A stretch of DNA of 64,000 bases from Balanoglossus misakiensis (GCA_040954595.2 CM082593.2:11731477-11795476), one strand, 5' to 3'; counted from the stretch's first letter, positions 1-13,261 are shown. Made by a program: numbers and translations. Notes: a model not told the origin generated them from the letters alone.

Positions 1-16
1 ATGGTGCAACCTTTAT

Positions 17-117
17 TATCGACCTATTTCGCTCTCATCTGTGTTTTCAAAGATCTTTGAAATTGTCTCTTGTTTACTCAAGTTTCTTGTATACCTCAGA
101 TAACAAGTTTGGTTACC
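17..117 (+). mobile_element. Decayed non-LTR retrotransposon (LINE) reverse transcriptase fragment
   Basis: Translates as YRPISLSSVFSKIFE then, frameshifted, FLYTSDNKFGY. This matches the YRPIS..SKxxE / QFGF motifs at the start of CR1/L2/Jockey-type RT domains. Confidence 0.6.
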
Positions 118-974
118 CAGACCCCTCTGCTTCTTCCGCTGCGCTCCCGAAAAGAGTGCAGCGGAAGAAGCAGACCCACCCGCTTCTTCCGTTGGACACT
201 CCAGAAAGAGGGATTGTCCCGCAGAATATACCCCACGAGGACGCTGTTGCTGACCTTCGACCCGTAGACTTTGACCCCTTACAGCGTCTTCGTTGTAAAC
301 ACATTTGAGATGCAGGCTAGCGAATCTGCCAGTTCGTTTTAATGGCACATTTTTTCTGTCGTCAACTCCAATGTCGCCTTTTCTATGGACGTTACTTGGC
401 CAGTGTTCGTTACACATCCAGGACAGTGTCAATATTTCTGTGAAAGAATAGCGGAAAACATGCGAAGCCAAGGAGCGAGCAACCAGCTGTTTTCTGCAAG
501 TCATGCCCCCACACTGTCCACCATCATTATTCCTATATACATATTTGGCGCAGTGAGTATTGAAACATTACAGTATTTAGTGTGTTTTAAGATATCACAG
601 ATAGTTTTCACGACTTAATGTGTGGGTAGAATCACATTCGTCGAAATAACGCTGCTGCAGTCCCCTGATTCAGTCCGTAAACAAGGTAAGCTTGAGACAT
701 AGACGATCGACAATCAGTTTCCGCTGTTGATTTCGCCCTATCGCAACTCAGTAACTGGGGCCGAGTGATGCTCCATACATTAAAGTTCATGACTACTGAC
801 ACCAATTGCAAATTTGCAAATTTGCAAAAGGCGTGCTTTCAGAGAATATTCAACCAGAAAACCGACAACAATTGATGACCTCATGTGACCTTTACTGGTT
901 GAATCAGGCGACCACTGCAATGTGATTCCAACGTTTATGGGAAGACCACGGCGTTTTCTAGGCGTTTTCTTCCG

Positions 975-2460
975 TGCTAGAAAACGGCGATCGGTGCACG
1001 AGTTTTGGTCTACAGACAGAATTTTCTAGTCACTACGCAGTTGGGATAATCGCCAGCATTGCCTATGGCAATGCTTGTGAGCTGTGGTACTATGGTGTGG
1101 AGGCATCGCCGGTATCGGTAAAGGCCTAGTTACACCATAAGGAGCTGTTAACATTAAGCACTAAAGTCCCTCTTTCTTGAGGAACTTTGCATTAACGCTG
1201 TTCTGATATACTTTTTTCTACAATTAACATTACTTGCTGAACAATCTCTGTACTTGTTTATGTTTCTGTGTTACCCCACACCATAGACGTAAACAGAGAT
1301 ACATAGACAGTAGGGCTGCATTCACAAACACCTCTGCAGGGGGGGGGGGAGAATTGAGGGGGGGATTTGAAAAAAATTGAGGGTATGTAAGGGGGGAATT
1401 TGAAATAATTTAGGGACTGAAAGGGGCGACTTGAAAACTTTGACGACTAAATATTTATTTTGAGTCCACAAAAATACAGTTTTGCGCCCTTTATTTTACA
1501 AAATTTTCTAATACCCACCCCCTCCATTCATCAACACCTTTCAATCATTGACTGGTTTATCTAGTGTCCCAGGTCAGGGGTCTTGCCCCCACCCAATGAT
1601 AACTTTGAGCGGCGACAGTTAAATTTGTCCTCCCCAACATACCGGTATTTGAGTTAATTTGCTTTTGCCAGGTTCATTAAAATGCAGCTTTGAGCTCTGT
1701 ATTTTATAAAATCCCCTTCAATTCTCGGTTTTTCAATGTCTCCCAGCACAGAATACAAATACTTAAAAAATAAAAACAATGTTCAGTTTTAATACCCACT
1801 GATGAGGGGAAACATCAGTTTCAAATTCTTTTCATGGGAGCGCTGTTTTTCTTTTTTACAAGATAGATAGGTGATGTGTTTGGACACAATGGGGGAATTT
1901 CAAATTTTTGGCAGTTCGGAAGGGGGGATTTGAAAATATTTCTGGTTGTGTACGGTGGGCATGTGAAATTTAGCGGTAAAAAAATTGAATTCTCTTGCCC
2001 CACCCCCCCTCCAGAGGTAAATCTAGAATGCAAGCTATCAAATTTCCAATAAATATGGTTATGTAGAGAGAGACTTTGTCCTTTTAATTCAAATTTATTT
2101 ACACAAAACTTGAGTTTACAAGGAAATATTAAGGAATACTTTATTTGTCGTTTCCCAGGGTCTGGCCCTACAGCTATTTCTTAGTTCGGGAAATAACAAA
2201 TTAACACAATTTTCGTATGTTCAGATGTCAAAATTTATTCAATCTAGGTGAACTGGCAACGCGGGGCAACAGCTAGCTCTGCGTACAGGTCTGTGTGTTC
2301 CCGGCGTTACACGGCCTCCACGCCAAGAACACTGTACGCAGAGCTGGGCTATACCATAGCAAGGCTGGCGATTACACCAACTGGTAGTGGTTTTGAGTGG
2401 TTTGACTAGAAAATTCTGTCTGTAGACCAAAACTCGTGCACCGATCGTCGTTTTCGAGCA
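975..2460. repeat. Pair of ~90-bp inverted repeats (about 975-1070 and 2350-2460), probable DNA-transposon remnant
   Basis: cgatcggtgcacgagttttggtctacagacagaattttctagtca near 988-1032 is the reverse complement of 2403-2447; similarity extends on both sides. Confidence 0.6.
1311..2037. mobile_element. MITE-like element with G-rich ~30-bp internal tandem repeats
   Basis: Starts tagggctgcattc and ends gaatgcaagcta (imperfect TIR). Repeated aggggggatttgaaa units lie near both ends. Confidence 0.45.
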
Positions 2461-2600
2461 CACTGCATTTATATTAGACAGCAAATCACCCCAAAACGTC
2501 TCACAACTTGTACAACGGCCCCTTTTTGAACTTTATGCAGCGAGAAAGACATGCTCAGCCGCCGCCATCTTGATTTACGCGGAAAGGATTCTAAGGGCAA

Positions 2601-2765
2601 TATTAATTCGACACAACGTAAAATAATTCGACACAACACGTGAAATTAATTTGACCAAACAGGTGATATTAATTCGACACTACACGTGAAATTAATTCGA
2701 CACAACACGTAAAATTAATTCGACACTACACCTGTAATTAATTCGATTGTTCACGTAAAAATAAT
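2601..2765. repeat. Tandem repeat of ~22-23-bp unit (aattaattcgacacaacacgtga-like)
   Basis: About 6-7 degenerate copies are directly visible. Confidence 0.75.
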
Positions 2766-4280
2766 TTGAGATATTGTTGGCAAAATTATTTCTAACAAAG
2801 ATAAGCTAAAATTTAGAACACATAAAGCAAAGATCTGTATCCTATCCACAAAGTATATATCATACACACAGTATTATATTAATGCAGTTTATGAAATTGC
2901 TAGAAACATTGTAATATTTGGATGATATTTAAAGAAAAGTAATTATATTTATATTAACAGTATGTAAAAGTTACGAAGATTTAGCGTTGAATGATGATGT
3001 GATGTCTGTAAGAGCTGTTCCAATACATGGTGAGTGAATTTCAAAAACCTTTTGTTCAATCAACCTTTCTACTGTCCTGTGATTCCAAAAGTAATTGAAA
3101 TATCATTACACATGTACCTGTATATAGTGCAGACTGTAAATAGAGCACACTCTGGAAAAGAGTTATGTAATTAATATCTCTATCATGAGAGTCGCTGATA
3201 AGAAATTTGAGTCGCTGATAAGAAATGTTTACCAACTTTTATAATCCCAAAAAGGGCGCCCTAATCATTGCACGTGTGCAAGCGACTTGTTGCTACACTG
3301 TTTGGGGATTGCATATTGCTATGGTTACAATCAGCTAAACACACATCCTGTCTATCCATTGCACACATTTTAAAATTTGAAATCAACCGCACACTCGTAC
3401 TGAACACATGTTTGTTGAAATTGTATCTTAGAATTTTTCCAATTATAATTATGCATAATATAAACAAATTAACAAATGTGAAAACTTATCTTTGAAAATG
3501 TGTTTGCAAGGGTGAAGAAGTAATCTGTATTTTAAAAATCAGACAAAGTTTTGCTGACAGGGTACACAAGTTTCAGGGGATTTTGGAGAGAGTGTTAAAA
3601 TTCCTAGGAAGAGATTGCCATGGATATTGAGGACTTTGGTGTAAACACAATTAATTGATCAAGAAATATGTGGTTAAGAATATGTGTCATCAACCTCACA
3701 CGACACTATAAGACTGTCTGATATATTCATGTACAAGTATTTTCACTACTTATTTGCATAATTCAATGGAATTAACATAAATTATCAACCTATAGCTAAG
3801 TAAATTACCTCTGCAAAGAATAAATATACACTTAGAAAATTCATATAGTTTTCATCTCATTACAAAATGCTTCTCTGAGGGTACAGTAATTTTTAACGGG
3901 TATATTCTTGATAACTCATCACCGTGAATGATCATTTCAAAACTTAACAAGGCATATGGCTAAAGAGGATTCAGTGTTTGTGCACCTTCTATCCACAATG
4001 CTGGATCTATTGACAGTTTTCAAAGGGGTTTTTAAGACTCGTCCTTTTATTCAGCACTATTTCATTCCATTGCTTTTTTGGTTTATAGGGATTGTCTTTC
4101 AGAACTGTTTCTGTTTGTTTGGGGGTTTTAAGTGTAATTGTTATCCTTTAAGCATTCACTTGTTTTCTAATTTTATTATTTTCTGTAGAAAATGCACTGA
4201 GATGTATGTGTATTACTTTTGTTAGGAAATAAATAATAATAAATTTATTAATAATAACTACCTTTGATTTCAGATTTCAG

Positions 4281-4401
4281 ATTTTTCTCAATGAATATAT
4301 GGAGAGAGCAGATCTTTGTGGAGGCCAGTGTGTGAATACAGCAGGGTCTTTTTATTGCACTTGTGCTGTGGCATATTGATTGGTCAATGGAGATTGTACA
4401 G
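4281..4401 (+). pseudogene. Decayed calcium-binding EGF exon (copy A)
   Basis: NEYMERADLCGGQCVNTAGSFYCTCAVAY*LVNGDCT bounded by AG and GTAAG. The first Cys is replaced by Tyr and there is an in-frame TGA. Confidence 0.85.
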
Positions 4402-6190
4402 GTAAGATCAACACAATATAGAAATAATGCACAACGCCCTGACCATTAACGTTTGTTTTTGGGCAAGGGCGAGGGGAAAGCCCAAAATTCATGGGCAAGG
4501 CTTCTGAGCCCATGAAATTTGGCTTTCCTAGAGCCCGAGCCCTATATTTATTTCCATTACATTACCAACAATCTCAAGAAAACCATCAATATTTATGAAA
4601 ATGTCCCACACACAAGACTAGGGGCCCCAGAACTTGTGTTATGCAAAATGTTGTGTTCACTGAACTATTTGCTAATATTACTATTCAGATTTACGGGCAT
4701 GTAAACAAACCATTACTGGGTATTTGTGGTCAGTGATGTCGTTCATCTTGCCCAATTAAAATGCGACGCACAGACCATGGTAATATAATATGTGGGCAAC
4801 GAAAGGTCCTATATCTGTAACTTTTGAATTTTTATTCAGTATTATGCTTGTTATCAACCATCATTTCTTGTTCAGCTCGGTGAAGCAGGGTAAGCAATGT
4901 TGTTATTGTTTAAAAATTGTATTCAAGCCTGGGTCTGGACTTGGATGCAATTTGTCAATAATAACAGTGATTGGTAACTGCATGTTTTCATAACTGGCTA
5001 TCTGTTAAAGAGACCATTTGCTGTGTGTACAGTACACATGCCATTGGCAGCTTATGGGTCAGCCAGTGTTTGCCTGTTAATCTCTCGTTGTGTATGTGTG
5101 TCTGTACAGTCAGATCGCATGGTACTCATTAACATATGTTAATGAGGGAAAGTACTTCATACCATGTAGCCGTTACCGTGGGCCCCGCTGAAGGGTCGCG
5201 AAATAGGCCATTTTTTTACGCGACATTATAGACCTGATTTCAGGCGAACAGGACTGTGTACAAAATTGAGTATAGACAACTCAGGTTTTAAAGGATTTTC
5301 ATCATTTCCACTGTGTCAATGTCAGTACATCCTTGCTATGAGAAAAAGCCATCCCTTGTGTACTTCGTGCTTATCGCGGGCAAACAATTTGTTTAAAATC
5401 CCTGATTTTGATATGGTGCAAACATTTCACCAACAAATAACACACCATTTGCCCTTACTCAAGACACCCTGATTTGTTTGAAATGCTATAAAACATTTGT
5501 TGCTTTAGCGGAAAAAGCAAGGTGTAGTATTCAACAAGGCCTAATTATGTCGAGTGATATAGCACTTGCTGAAGAAATTAAAAAATATGTCACAATGCTA
5601 CAAAAAGGCTGCAGCTGTGACACCGACTTGGTGAATTTTGCATGCTGGAAAACTGTTGTCTTTTTAGGAGAAGTGCTCCTCAGAAAACACGCCATTCTAT
5701 TGTTTGACGTCAGGCAATATTTCAATGATTGTTTAGATGATGAATATCAGCCTTTGCGACCCAAGGTCAAGGTACAACCAGTGGAATTCCACAGAAAACC
5801 TAATAGCTGGCTTATTCGGGAATTTCTATGTGTGTATTATCCAATTCACCTTTCTGTTGTATCAAAAGTGAGTAGAAAGTTCTCCACCTTTTTGTACCGA
5901 ACGGGTTCAGATCTCACTATTCCCTCCAAAATGCACTTGTCGAACATCCCCAGTATGTTGTGCATACAACAGATAGAGAGGCTTGAAAAGCAAGTAAGAG
6001 ACTTGAGTAAAGTTGACGTTGACTTTTTCAAAATGCTTGATTGGGTGGCTGTGAAATTAAATGCCAGCATTTATCAGCAATCTTAAAAATTCAGTATAAA
6101 TTACTGCAAAACAAACTGTTGATCTGAGTACACTTGATGTTGAATATATTGTCAGTGAGATTGACCCTGTGTTATGGAATACTATTTTTA

Positions 6191-6680
6191 TATATAATCC
6201 CATGATATTTTTCTTTGTTTGACGTCATCGTATACGAGTGTTTTCGCAGAGCTGTGCAACTTCGAGCCCTAGGCGAGAAGTTGCTAGACTCCGCGAAAAC
6301 CACGAGTATACGATGACGTAAATAAAGAAAAATATCATGGGATTATATATTTATCACATGAACAGTATTCTTATTTTTCGTTAGAAGAGGTAGGATACAA
6401 TATTCCAATATCCTGCTAAAATATTCGAGCGGCCTTGTACTTTATTTAGCGGGATTACGTTCTTTCCCCTGTGCAACGATCTGTGGCCCCAACGAGATAT
6501 GCTAATTATGGAATCACTTTCATTCATAAAGTGAAATCGACTTTCAAGTTTTTACACTTTTGCGTCTTGTCTACCAATCAGATTCGCGGAGTCAGTCACA
6601 TGGGCCAGAATTTTGATACATTCTGCCTGTCAATCATTGTCTCGCGCTGTGTACATGTCAACACAACGTCCTAGCAATTC
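6191..6680 (+). mobile_element. Hairpin-headed non-autonomous element, 3'-truncated, inserted in the Academ ORF
   Basis: ~75-bp-arm palindrome (ataatcccatgata..tatcatgggattat) followed by tttatcacatgaac. Same family as 33278-37219 and 52512-53727. Confidence 0.8.
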
Positions 6681-7367
6681 GTTGAACAACAGTGAATGCA
6701 GTAAATTAAAAAGCCCCAACTTTGAATGGAATAAACACTACTATGGATTTTATGACCAGCACTCTATGGAGAGTAGAGCACAATTCCTCAGGCGTTTGTT
6801 TTGTGTGTATGATATTGTTCACTTGTTCTGATCATTGTACTTACCCATTGCATACTTACCTGGCTGACATTGTTGAAGGTTATAGTAGGTCATCTACTCT
6901 AGTGAAAATTCTAAATTGATTTGGTATTATTTGTTCTGGAGATACATTGCATAGATACATGTTGGGAGTTATCAACAAAAGAACATCAGCTGATTTCACA
7001 GAGGAAAATATTGCAAATAATGCATTTTGTATAATTTCCATTGACAATATTGATAAATCAGCTAAATATGCAGCTGTTAGAGCTGATCCAAAGGACAGAG
7101 GTTTCCACGGTACTTCTTATCAAATGGTCCAACCAAAACCAAAGTCAATTTTGAACAGTGTTGATGGTATTGTTTTTGGCTGTCATGACAAACATTCAAC
7201 TGTCAAAGATTTTAAGCTATTCAACATATATGGTGATGGAAGGTGCTTTTTCAGGAGCATCTCTGTGAGAAATGATATTGCATTGCAAAATTGCGATCAT
7301 TTACCTAGTGGACTCCCTTCTGACCCAATTTTAGCTGACCGAGAGAAAATATTCGCAGACAAGTTAA

Positions 7368-7704
7368 AGGGACAAAGTCTCTCTCTCGCTGCCCTTTTTC
7401 CATCAATTATGTATGATGCAAGACACCGTTGATGTTATTCTACATGTGGATATATAGTGAATCAACGTTCAACCACACACAACTTCCATCTGGTTTGTAT
7501 GATATGAGTGAAAATCTCGCCAAAATGAATAAACGGTAAACACCAATTATTCATTTAGGTGAGTTTTCTGTCTCGTGTCTACAAACGGGATGGAAGTTGT
7601 GTGTGGTTGAACATTGATTCGCTATATATCCACATGTAGAATAACATAAACGGTGTCTTGCATCAAACATAATTACTGGAAAAAGGGCAGCGAGAGAGAG
7701 ACTT
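7368..7704. mobile_element. TTAA-targeting (Kolobok-like) MITE, right end truncated
   Basis: TTAA|agggacaaagtctctctctcgctgccc ... gggcagcgagagagagactt. Absent from the paralogous positions near 10620 and 37895. Confidence 0.75.
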
Positions 7705-9106
7705 CGTGCCAATCATATATACTTTGAAGGAATGGATGATGCACAACTTGATGTCCTGTTAGAAGGCACTCGTTATATGGACATTTTGCACAGAACACAA
7801 TGTATGGAAAAGGCAGATGAATATGCTGGTATGCCAGAAATGATATCTGTAGTGTATGTTGCAAAATGTCCATTACATATATACACCAAGCAGAATGATA
7901 TATTTGCAAGAGGTGATGGTGATGTGTTCTCCAAGACTGAGCCTGTCTGTCTCTTGTACACACCAGACAGGCCAGGTCAACCAGGCCATTATGATTTGCT
8001 TCTTAACAGGCAGTTAATTAAAAGTAAAGATAGTCTGGTGAGTGAAAATGCACAGAATTCATTTGAACGGTGGCAGGAATTAAACAGTGGCTTTTGTTCA
8101 CAAAATACAGTAGACTATGAAATGAATGAAATTTTTGGCAATTTGTGGAAATAATACTAAAATCATGGTTGACAGATCTATCTAAAAAAATACTGGTACA
8201 GGTTTGAGTGCACCTGTGAGAAAAGCCCGTACATTTACGGAGAAAAAAATCCAATGATACTGTTCATAATGATGTAGTATTTAAACCACCTCTACTGAGA
8301 CAACATCAACCACGGTCATCAATTTCGCTGTCAGATTTTGACATTAAACAAGAAGAAGCCATTGCTTGGTCAGAACTGTTTTCTGACAATTCATTTTTGC
8401 TCTACAGAAAAATGCAATGCACAGAGCTGATATAGAAACAGTTTTTGGGGATTTTAAATCAACATTAGCAACAAATGCTAACAGTAATGAAAGTGAATGC
8501 TCAAATGTCATTTATTTGGGCATATCAAGTGAACACGCAGACACCATTGAAACTGTCCATAACATTATCAATAAGCTGTATATGTTACATTCAGAGTTGG
8601 TGTAAGAATAAAATACCTGGTTGTGGTTGGTGATGGGAAAACTTTCCATCACCTGATAAAGTTAAAAGACATGTATGGTGCAAATTTAGACTGGTTGCAG
8701 CCTTTTATCAGAGACTGGCACACTCAAAAAAATTACCAACCAGTCATCATGAAAATATTCTGGGATGCTGGCCTAAAACATCTGGCAGGGTTCAATCATA
8801 AAGGGGGAACTTTGGAAACCCTAGTACAGTGTACAAATTTCAAGCTAACTCATCGCTTCCTAACACAAATTTGGGAAAGTATGTTTAGATGTATTGTCAA
8901 TTCCTTTTTGAATAAGAGGGGTGACACCCATAATACCCAGCACTGTCCCTTAAATACAGAAACAGTCCAAAAATGTTTACTAGAAGCTGTCACAAAATCT
9001 TTGGAATGTACTGAAGATAAAGCTGATCATATTGACAAAATTAATGGTGACCTTAAGGCTCAACTTACTCGCTTGCAAGAGGAATTTCAGATTTTTTGTG
9101 ACAGAA

Positions 9107-9738
9107 CACAGTACGATATTTTACCCACAATTCTCCATGATTTGTATCATCGAAGGTTGCCCATTTAATAACTTTTTCTGTTTTAGATACTAACAATGAT
9201 ATGAAGTACATATAAATCTATTTATGTTTATCTAGGAAAAGTACGTTGAGGAAATAGAGTGAAATTCCAAAATCAAAATTTAAAAGCAATAAGAATCAAA
9301 GTATTCATGTACTGCAAATGCCACACTTTGGAGGAAACAAGCAATGAGGAAACAAGCAATGATTGACTGAGGTGGCCAGTCTCTGTTGAAAGTTAACATG
9401 TAAATTTCCACTGTTCTGTCAAAAGAAAATATCAATATCATTTTGTTTGATTAAACAGGTGTTTCAAGTGTCCCTGTTTTACTCCAAACTTTTTGGTATG
9501 GCTGGCTATGCAATTGCTTGATTATTTTATAAAATTCGTATCTTCTCTCTCAATAATACATAATTTTCTAAATCATTTGAAATGGTAATTGACAATAAGA
9601 TTCACCTTAAAAGTAAGATCTCAAAATTTCTATTAGTGGTCTACAATTCTCTCTACACATGTGAACTTTGCCTGGTTTGACTGAGTAATCTCTGATTGTA
9701 CAAATCAGAATGAATTATGGGATATTTCACGTACTGTG
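9107..9738. mobile_element. Non-autonomous Transib-like element
   Basis: Termini CACAGTACG..CGTACTGTG with a longer imperfect TIR and a 5-bp TSD CAGAA (9102-9106, 9739-9743). Excision restores the Academ frame CDRRANTDKTFKFW. Confidence 0.8.
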
Positions 9739-10201
9739 CAGAAGGGCAAATACAGACAAAACTTTCAAATTTTGGGTTAGATTTATAGAGGAAGATTTGT
9801 TTGCATACATGTCTTTGTACATTGCAATAAGGTCAGGAAATTGGAACTTCGAATATCGGCTTTGAAAAAAATAAACCCACTGTTCCATGCATATGACCGA
9901 TCCCTGTACATGTCAACACAACGTCCTAGCAATTCGTTGAACAACAGTGAATGCAGTAAATTAAAAAGCCCCAACTTTGAATGGAATAAACACTACTATG
10001 GATTTTATGACCAGCACTCTATGGAGAGTAGAGCACGATTCCTCAGGCGTTTGTTTTGTGTGTATGATATTGTTCACTTGTTCTGATCATTGTACTTACC
10101 CATTGCATACTTACCTGGCTGACATTGTTGAAGGTTATAGTAGGTCATCTACTCTAGTGAAAATTCTAAATTGATTTGGTATTATTTGTTCTGGAGATAC
10201 A

Positions 10202-11095
10202 TTGCATAGATACATGTTGGGAGTTATCAACAAAAGAACATCAGCTGATTTCACAGAGGAAAATATTGCAAATAATGCATTTTGTATAACTTCCATTGAC
10301 AATATTGATAAATCAGCTAAATATGCAGCTGTTAGAGCTGATCCAAAGGACAGAGGTTTCCACGGTACTTCTTATCAAATGGTCCAACCAAAACCAAAGT
10401 CAATTTTGAACAGTGTTGATGATATTGTTTTTGGCAGTCATGACAAACATTCAACTGTCAAAGATTTTAAGCTAATCAACATATATGGTGATGGAAGGTG
10501 CTTTTTCAGGAGCATCTCTGTGAGAAATGATATTGCATTGCAAAATTGCGATCATTTACCTAGTGGACTCCCTTCTGACCCAATTTTAGCTGACCGAGAG
10601 AAAATATTCGCAGACAAGTTAAGAGCAGATACAGTAGACATAATGCGTGCCAATCATATATACTTTGAAGGAATGGATGATGCACAACTTGATGTCCTGT
10701 TAGACGGCACTCGTTATATGGACATTTTGCACAGAACACAATGTATGGAAAAGGCAGATGAATATGCTGGTATGCCAGAAATGATATCTGTAGTGTATGT
10801 TGCAAAATGTCCATTACATATATACACCAAGCAGAATGATATATTTGCAAGAGGTGATGGTTATGTGTTCTCCAAGACTGAGCCTGTCTGTCTCTTGTAC
10901 ACACCAGACAGGCCAGGTCAACCAGGCCATTATGATTTGCTTCTTAACAGGCAGTTAATTAAAAGTAAAGATAGTCTGGTGAGTGAAAATGCACAGAATT
11001 CATTTGAACGGTGGCAGGAATTAAACAGTGGCTTTTGTTCACAAAATACAGTAGACTATGAAATGAATGAAATTTTTGGCAATTTGTGGAAATAA
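10202..11095 (+). pseudogene. Academ transposase N-part (DNID motif) fused in frame to an OTU cysteine protease domain
   Basis: One 297-aa ORF contains SIDNIDK..FHGTSYQMVQP, then IYGDGRCFFRSIS (Cys at 10499-10501), LRADTVDIM, YAGMPEM and PVCLLY..GHYDLL (His at 10928-10930). Confidence 0.85.
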
Positions 11096-12041
11096 TACTA
11101 AAATCATGGTTGACAGATCTATCTAAAAAAATACTGGTACAGGTTTGAGTGCACCTGTGAGAAAAGCCCGTACATTTACGGAGAAAAAAATCCAATGATA
11201 CTGTTCATAATGATGTAGTATTTAAACCACCTCTACTGAGACAACATCAACCACGGTCATCAATTTCACTGTCAGATTTTGACATTAAACAAGAAGAAGC
11301 CATTGCTTGGTCAGAACTGTTTTCTGACAATTCATTTTTGCTCTACAGAAAAATGCAATGCACAGAGCTGATATAGAAACAGTTTTTGGGGATTTTAAAT
11401 CAACATTAGCAACAAATGCTAACAGTAATGAAAGTGAATGCTCAAATGTCATTTATTTGGGCATATCAAGTGAACACGCAGACACCATTGAAACTGTCCA
11501 TAACATTATCAATAAGCTGTATATGTTACATTCAGAGTTGGTGTAAGAATAAAATACCTGGTTGTGGTTGGTGATGGGAAAACTTTCCATCACCTGATAA
11601 AATTAAAAGACATGTATGGTGCAAATTTAGACTGGTTGCAGCCTTTTATCAGAGACTGGCACACTCTAAAAAATTACCAACCAGTCATCATGAAAATATT
11701 CTGGGATGCTGGCCTAAAACATCTGGCAGGGTTCAATCATAAAGGGGGAACTTTGAAAACCCTAGTACAGTGTACAAATTTCAAGCTAACTCATCGCTTC
11801 CTAACACAAATTTGGGAAAGTATGTTTAGATGTGTTGTCAATTCCTTTTTGAATAAGAGGGGTGAAACCCATAATACCCAGCACTTAAATACAGAAACAG
11901 TCCAAAAATAATTACTAGAAGCTGTCACAAAATCTTTGGAATGTACTGAAGATAAAGCTGATCATATTGACAAAATTAATGGTGACCTTAAGGCTCAACT
12001 TACTCGCTTGCAAGAGGAATTTCAGATTTTTTGTGACAGAA

Positions 12042-12674
12042 CACAGTACGATATTTTACCCACAATTCTCCATGATTTGTATCATCTAAGGTTGCCCATT
12101 TAATAACTTTTTTCTGTTTTAGATACTAACAATGATATGAAGTACATATAAATCTATTTATGTTTATCTAGGAAAAGTACGTTGAGGAATTAGAGTGAAA
12201 TTCCAAAATCAAAATTTAAAAGCAATAAGAATCAAAGTATTCATGTACTGCAAATGCCACACTTTGGAGGAAACAAGCAATGAGGAAACAAGCAATGATT
12301 GACTGAGGTGGCCTGTCTCTGTTGAAAGTTAACATGTAAATTTCCATTGTTCTGTCAAAAGGAAATATCAATATCATTTTGTTTGATTAAACAGGTGTTT
12401 CAAGTGTCCCTGTTTTACTCCAAACTTTTTGGTATGGCTGGCTATGCAATTGCTTGATTATTTTATAAAATTCGTATCTTCTCTCTCAATAATACATAAT
12501 TTTCTAAATCATTTGAAATGGTAATTGACAATAAGATTCACCTTAAAAGTAAGATCTCAAAATTTCTATTAGTGGTCTACAATTCTCTCTACACATGTGA
12601 ACTTTGCCTGGTTTGACTGAGTAATCTCTGATTGTACAAATCAGAATGAATTATGGGATATTTCACGTACTGTG
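12042..12674. mobile_element. Transib-like element, second copy (from the tandem duplication)
   Basis: Same CAC..GTG termini and CAGAA TSD as 9107-9738. Confidence 0.8.
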
Positions 12675-13261
12675 CAGAAGGGCAAATACAGACAAAACTT
12701 TCAAATTTTGGGTTAGATTTATAGAGGAAGATTTGTTTGCATACATGTCTTTGTACATTGCAATAAGGTCAGGAAATTGGAACCTTCGAATATCGGCTTT
12801 GAAATAATAAACCCACTGTTCCATGCATATGACCGATCCCTGTACTTGAGGTTAATTCCCAGACATCTTGCTGACCTTCTGAAGATGCCAAACTCTCTGT
12901 TGTTACATTTCAAAGCAGGTGGTTTTGTTTGCAATTTGTCAGGCTCAACTTGGGTTAATGTAGCACTAGATGAAGCCCATGAAATGTGCGTCAATAAAGA
13001 TGTTAAAGCTGCATTGCATACTTCTACAGGTGGGTTAATGGAGAGAATAGCAATTTATTTACCCTATAGAGCTATGGCTGCCAAGAATCTAAAAGATCAG
13101 TTATTTCCTTTCCAAAATGAAACCCATAATTCAGTTAGTGTACATAAAATACATGAGTCAAACTGCAGGTTGTATATCAATTGTCTTGAAAGTGCTGATG
13201 TATTTTCACCACTTAATACCGCCAGGGAGCTAACTAATATATTTTCAGATGACACAGCAAA

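Larger units (their letters stand above)
6650..12845 (+). repeat. Internal tandem duplication within Academ copy A (6650-9909 and 9905-12845)
   Basis: The sequence repeats almost identically. The junction at 9905-9909 uses TGTAC, which is shared by both breakpoints. Confidence 0.92.

Noticed and set aside
16-504. 162-aa minus-strand ORF
   Set aside because: Spans a LINE fragment and a hairpin repeat, with no protein motif.
2601-2765. Short regularly spaced repeats resembling a CRISPR array
   Set aside because: Head-to-tail degenerate units with no unique spacers, eukaryotic context, and no cas genes.
5167-5242. TAG-starting sequences as the Academ left end (pairing with caggcta at 44160)
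   Set aside because: The match is short and has no TSD. The CAG..CTG TIR with a TGTA duplication fits much better.
9107-9738. Possible intron in the transposase gene
   Set aside because: It has TIRs and a 5-bp TSD, and exact excision restores the frame, so it is a nested transposon.
10470-10945. Stand-alone host OTU/vertnin-like gene
   Set aside because: Intronless, in frame with transposase motifs, and inside TIRs.
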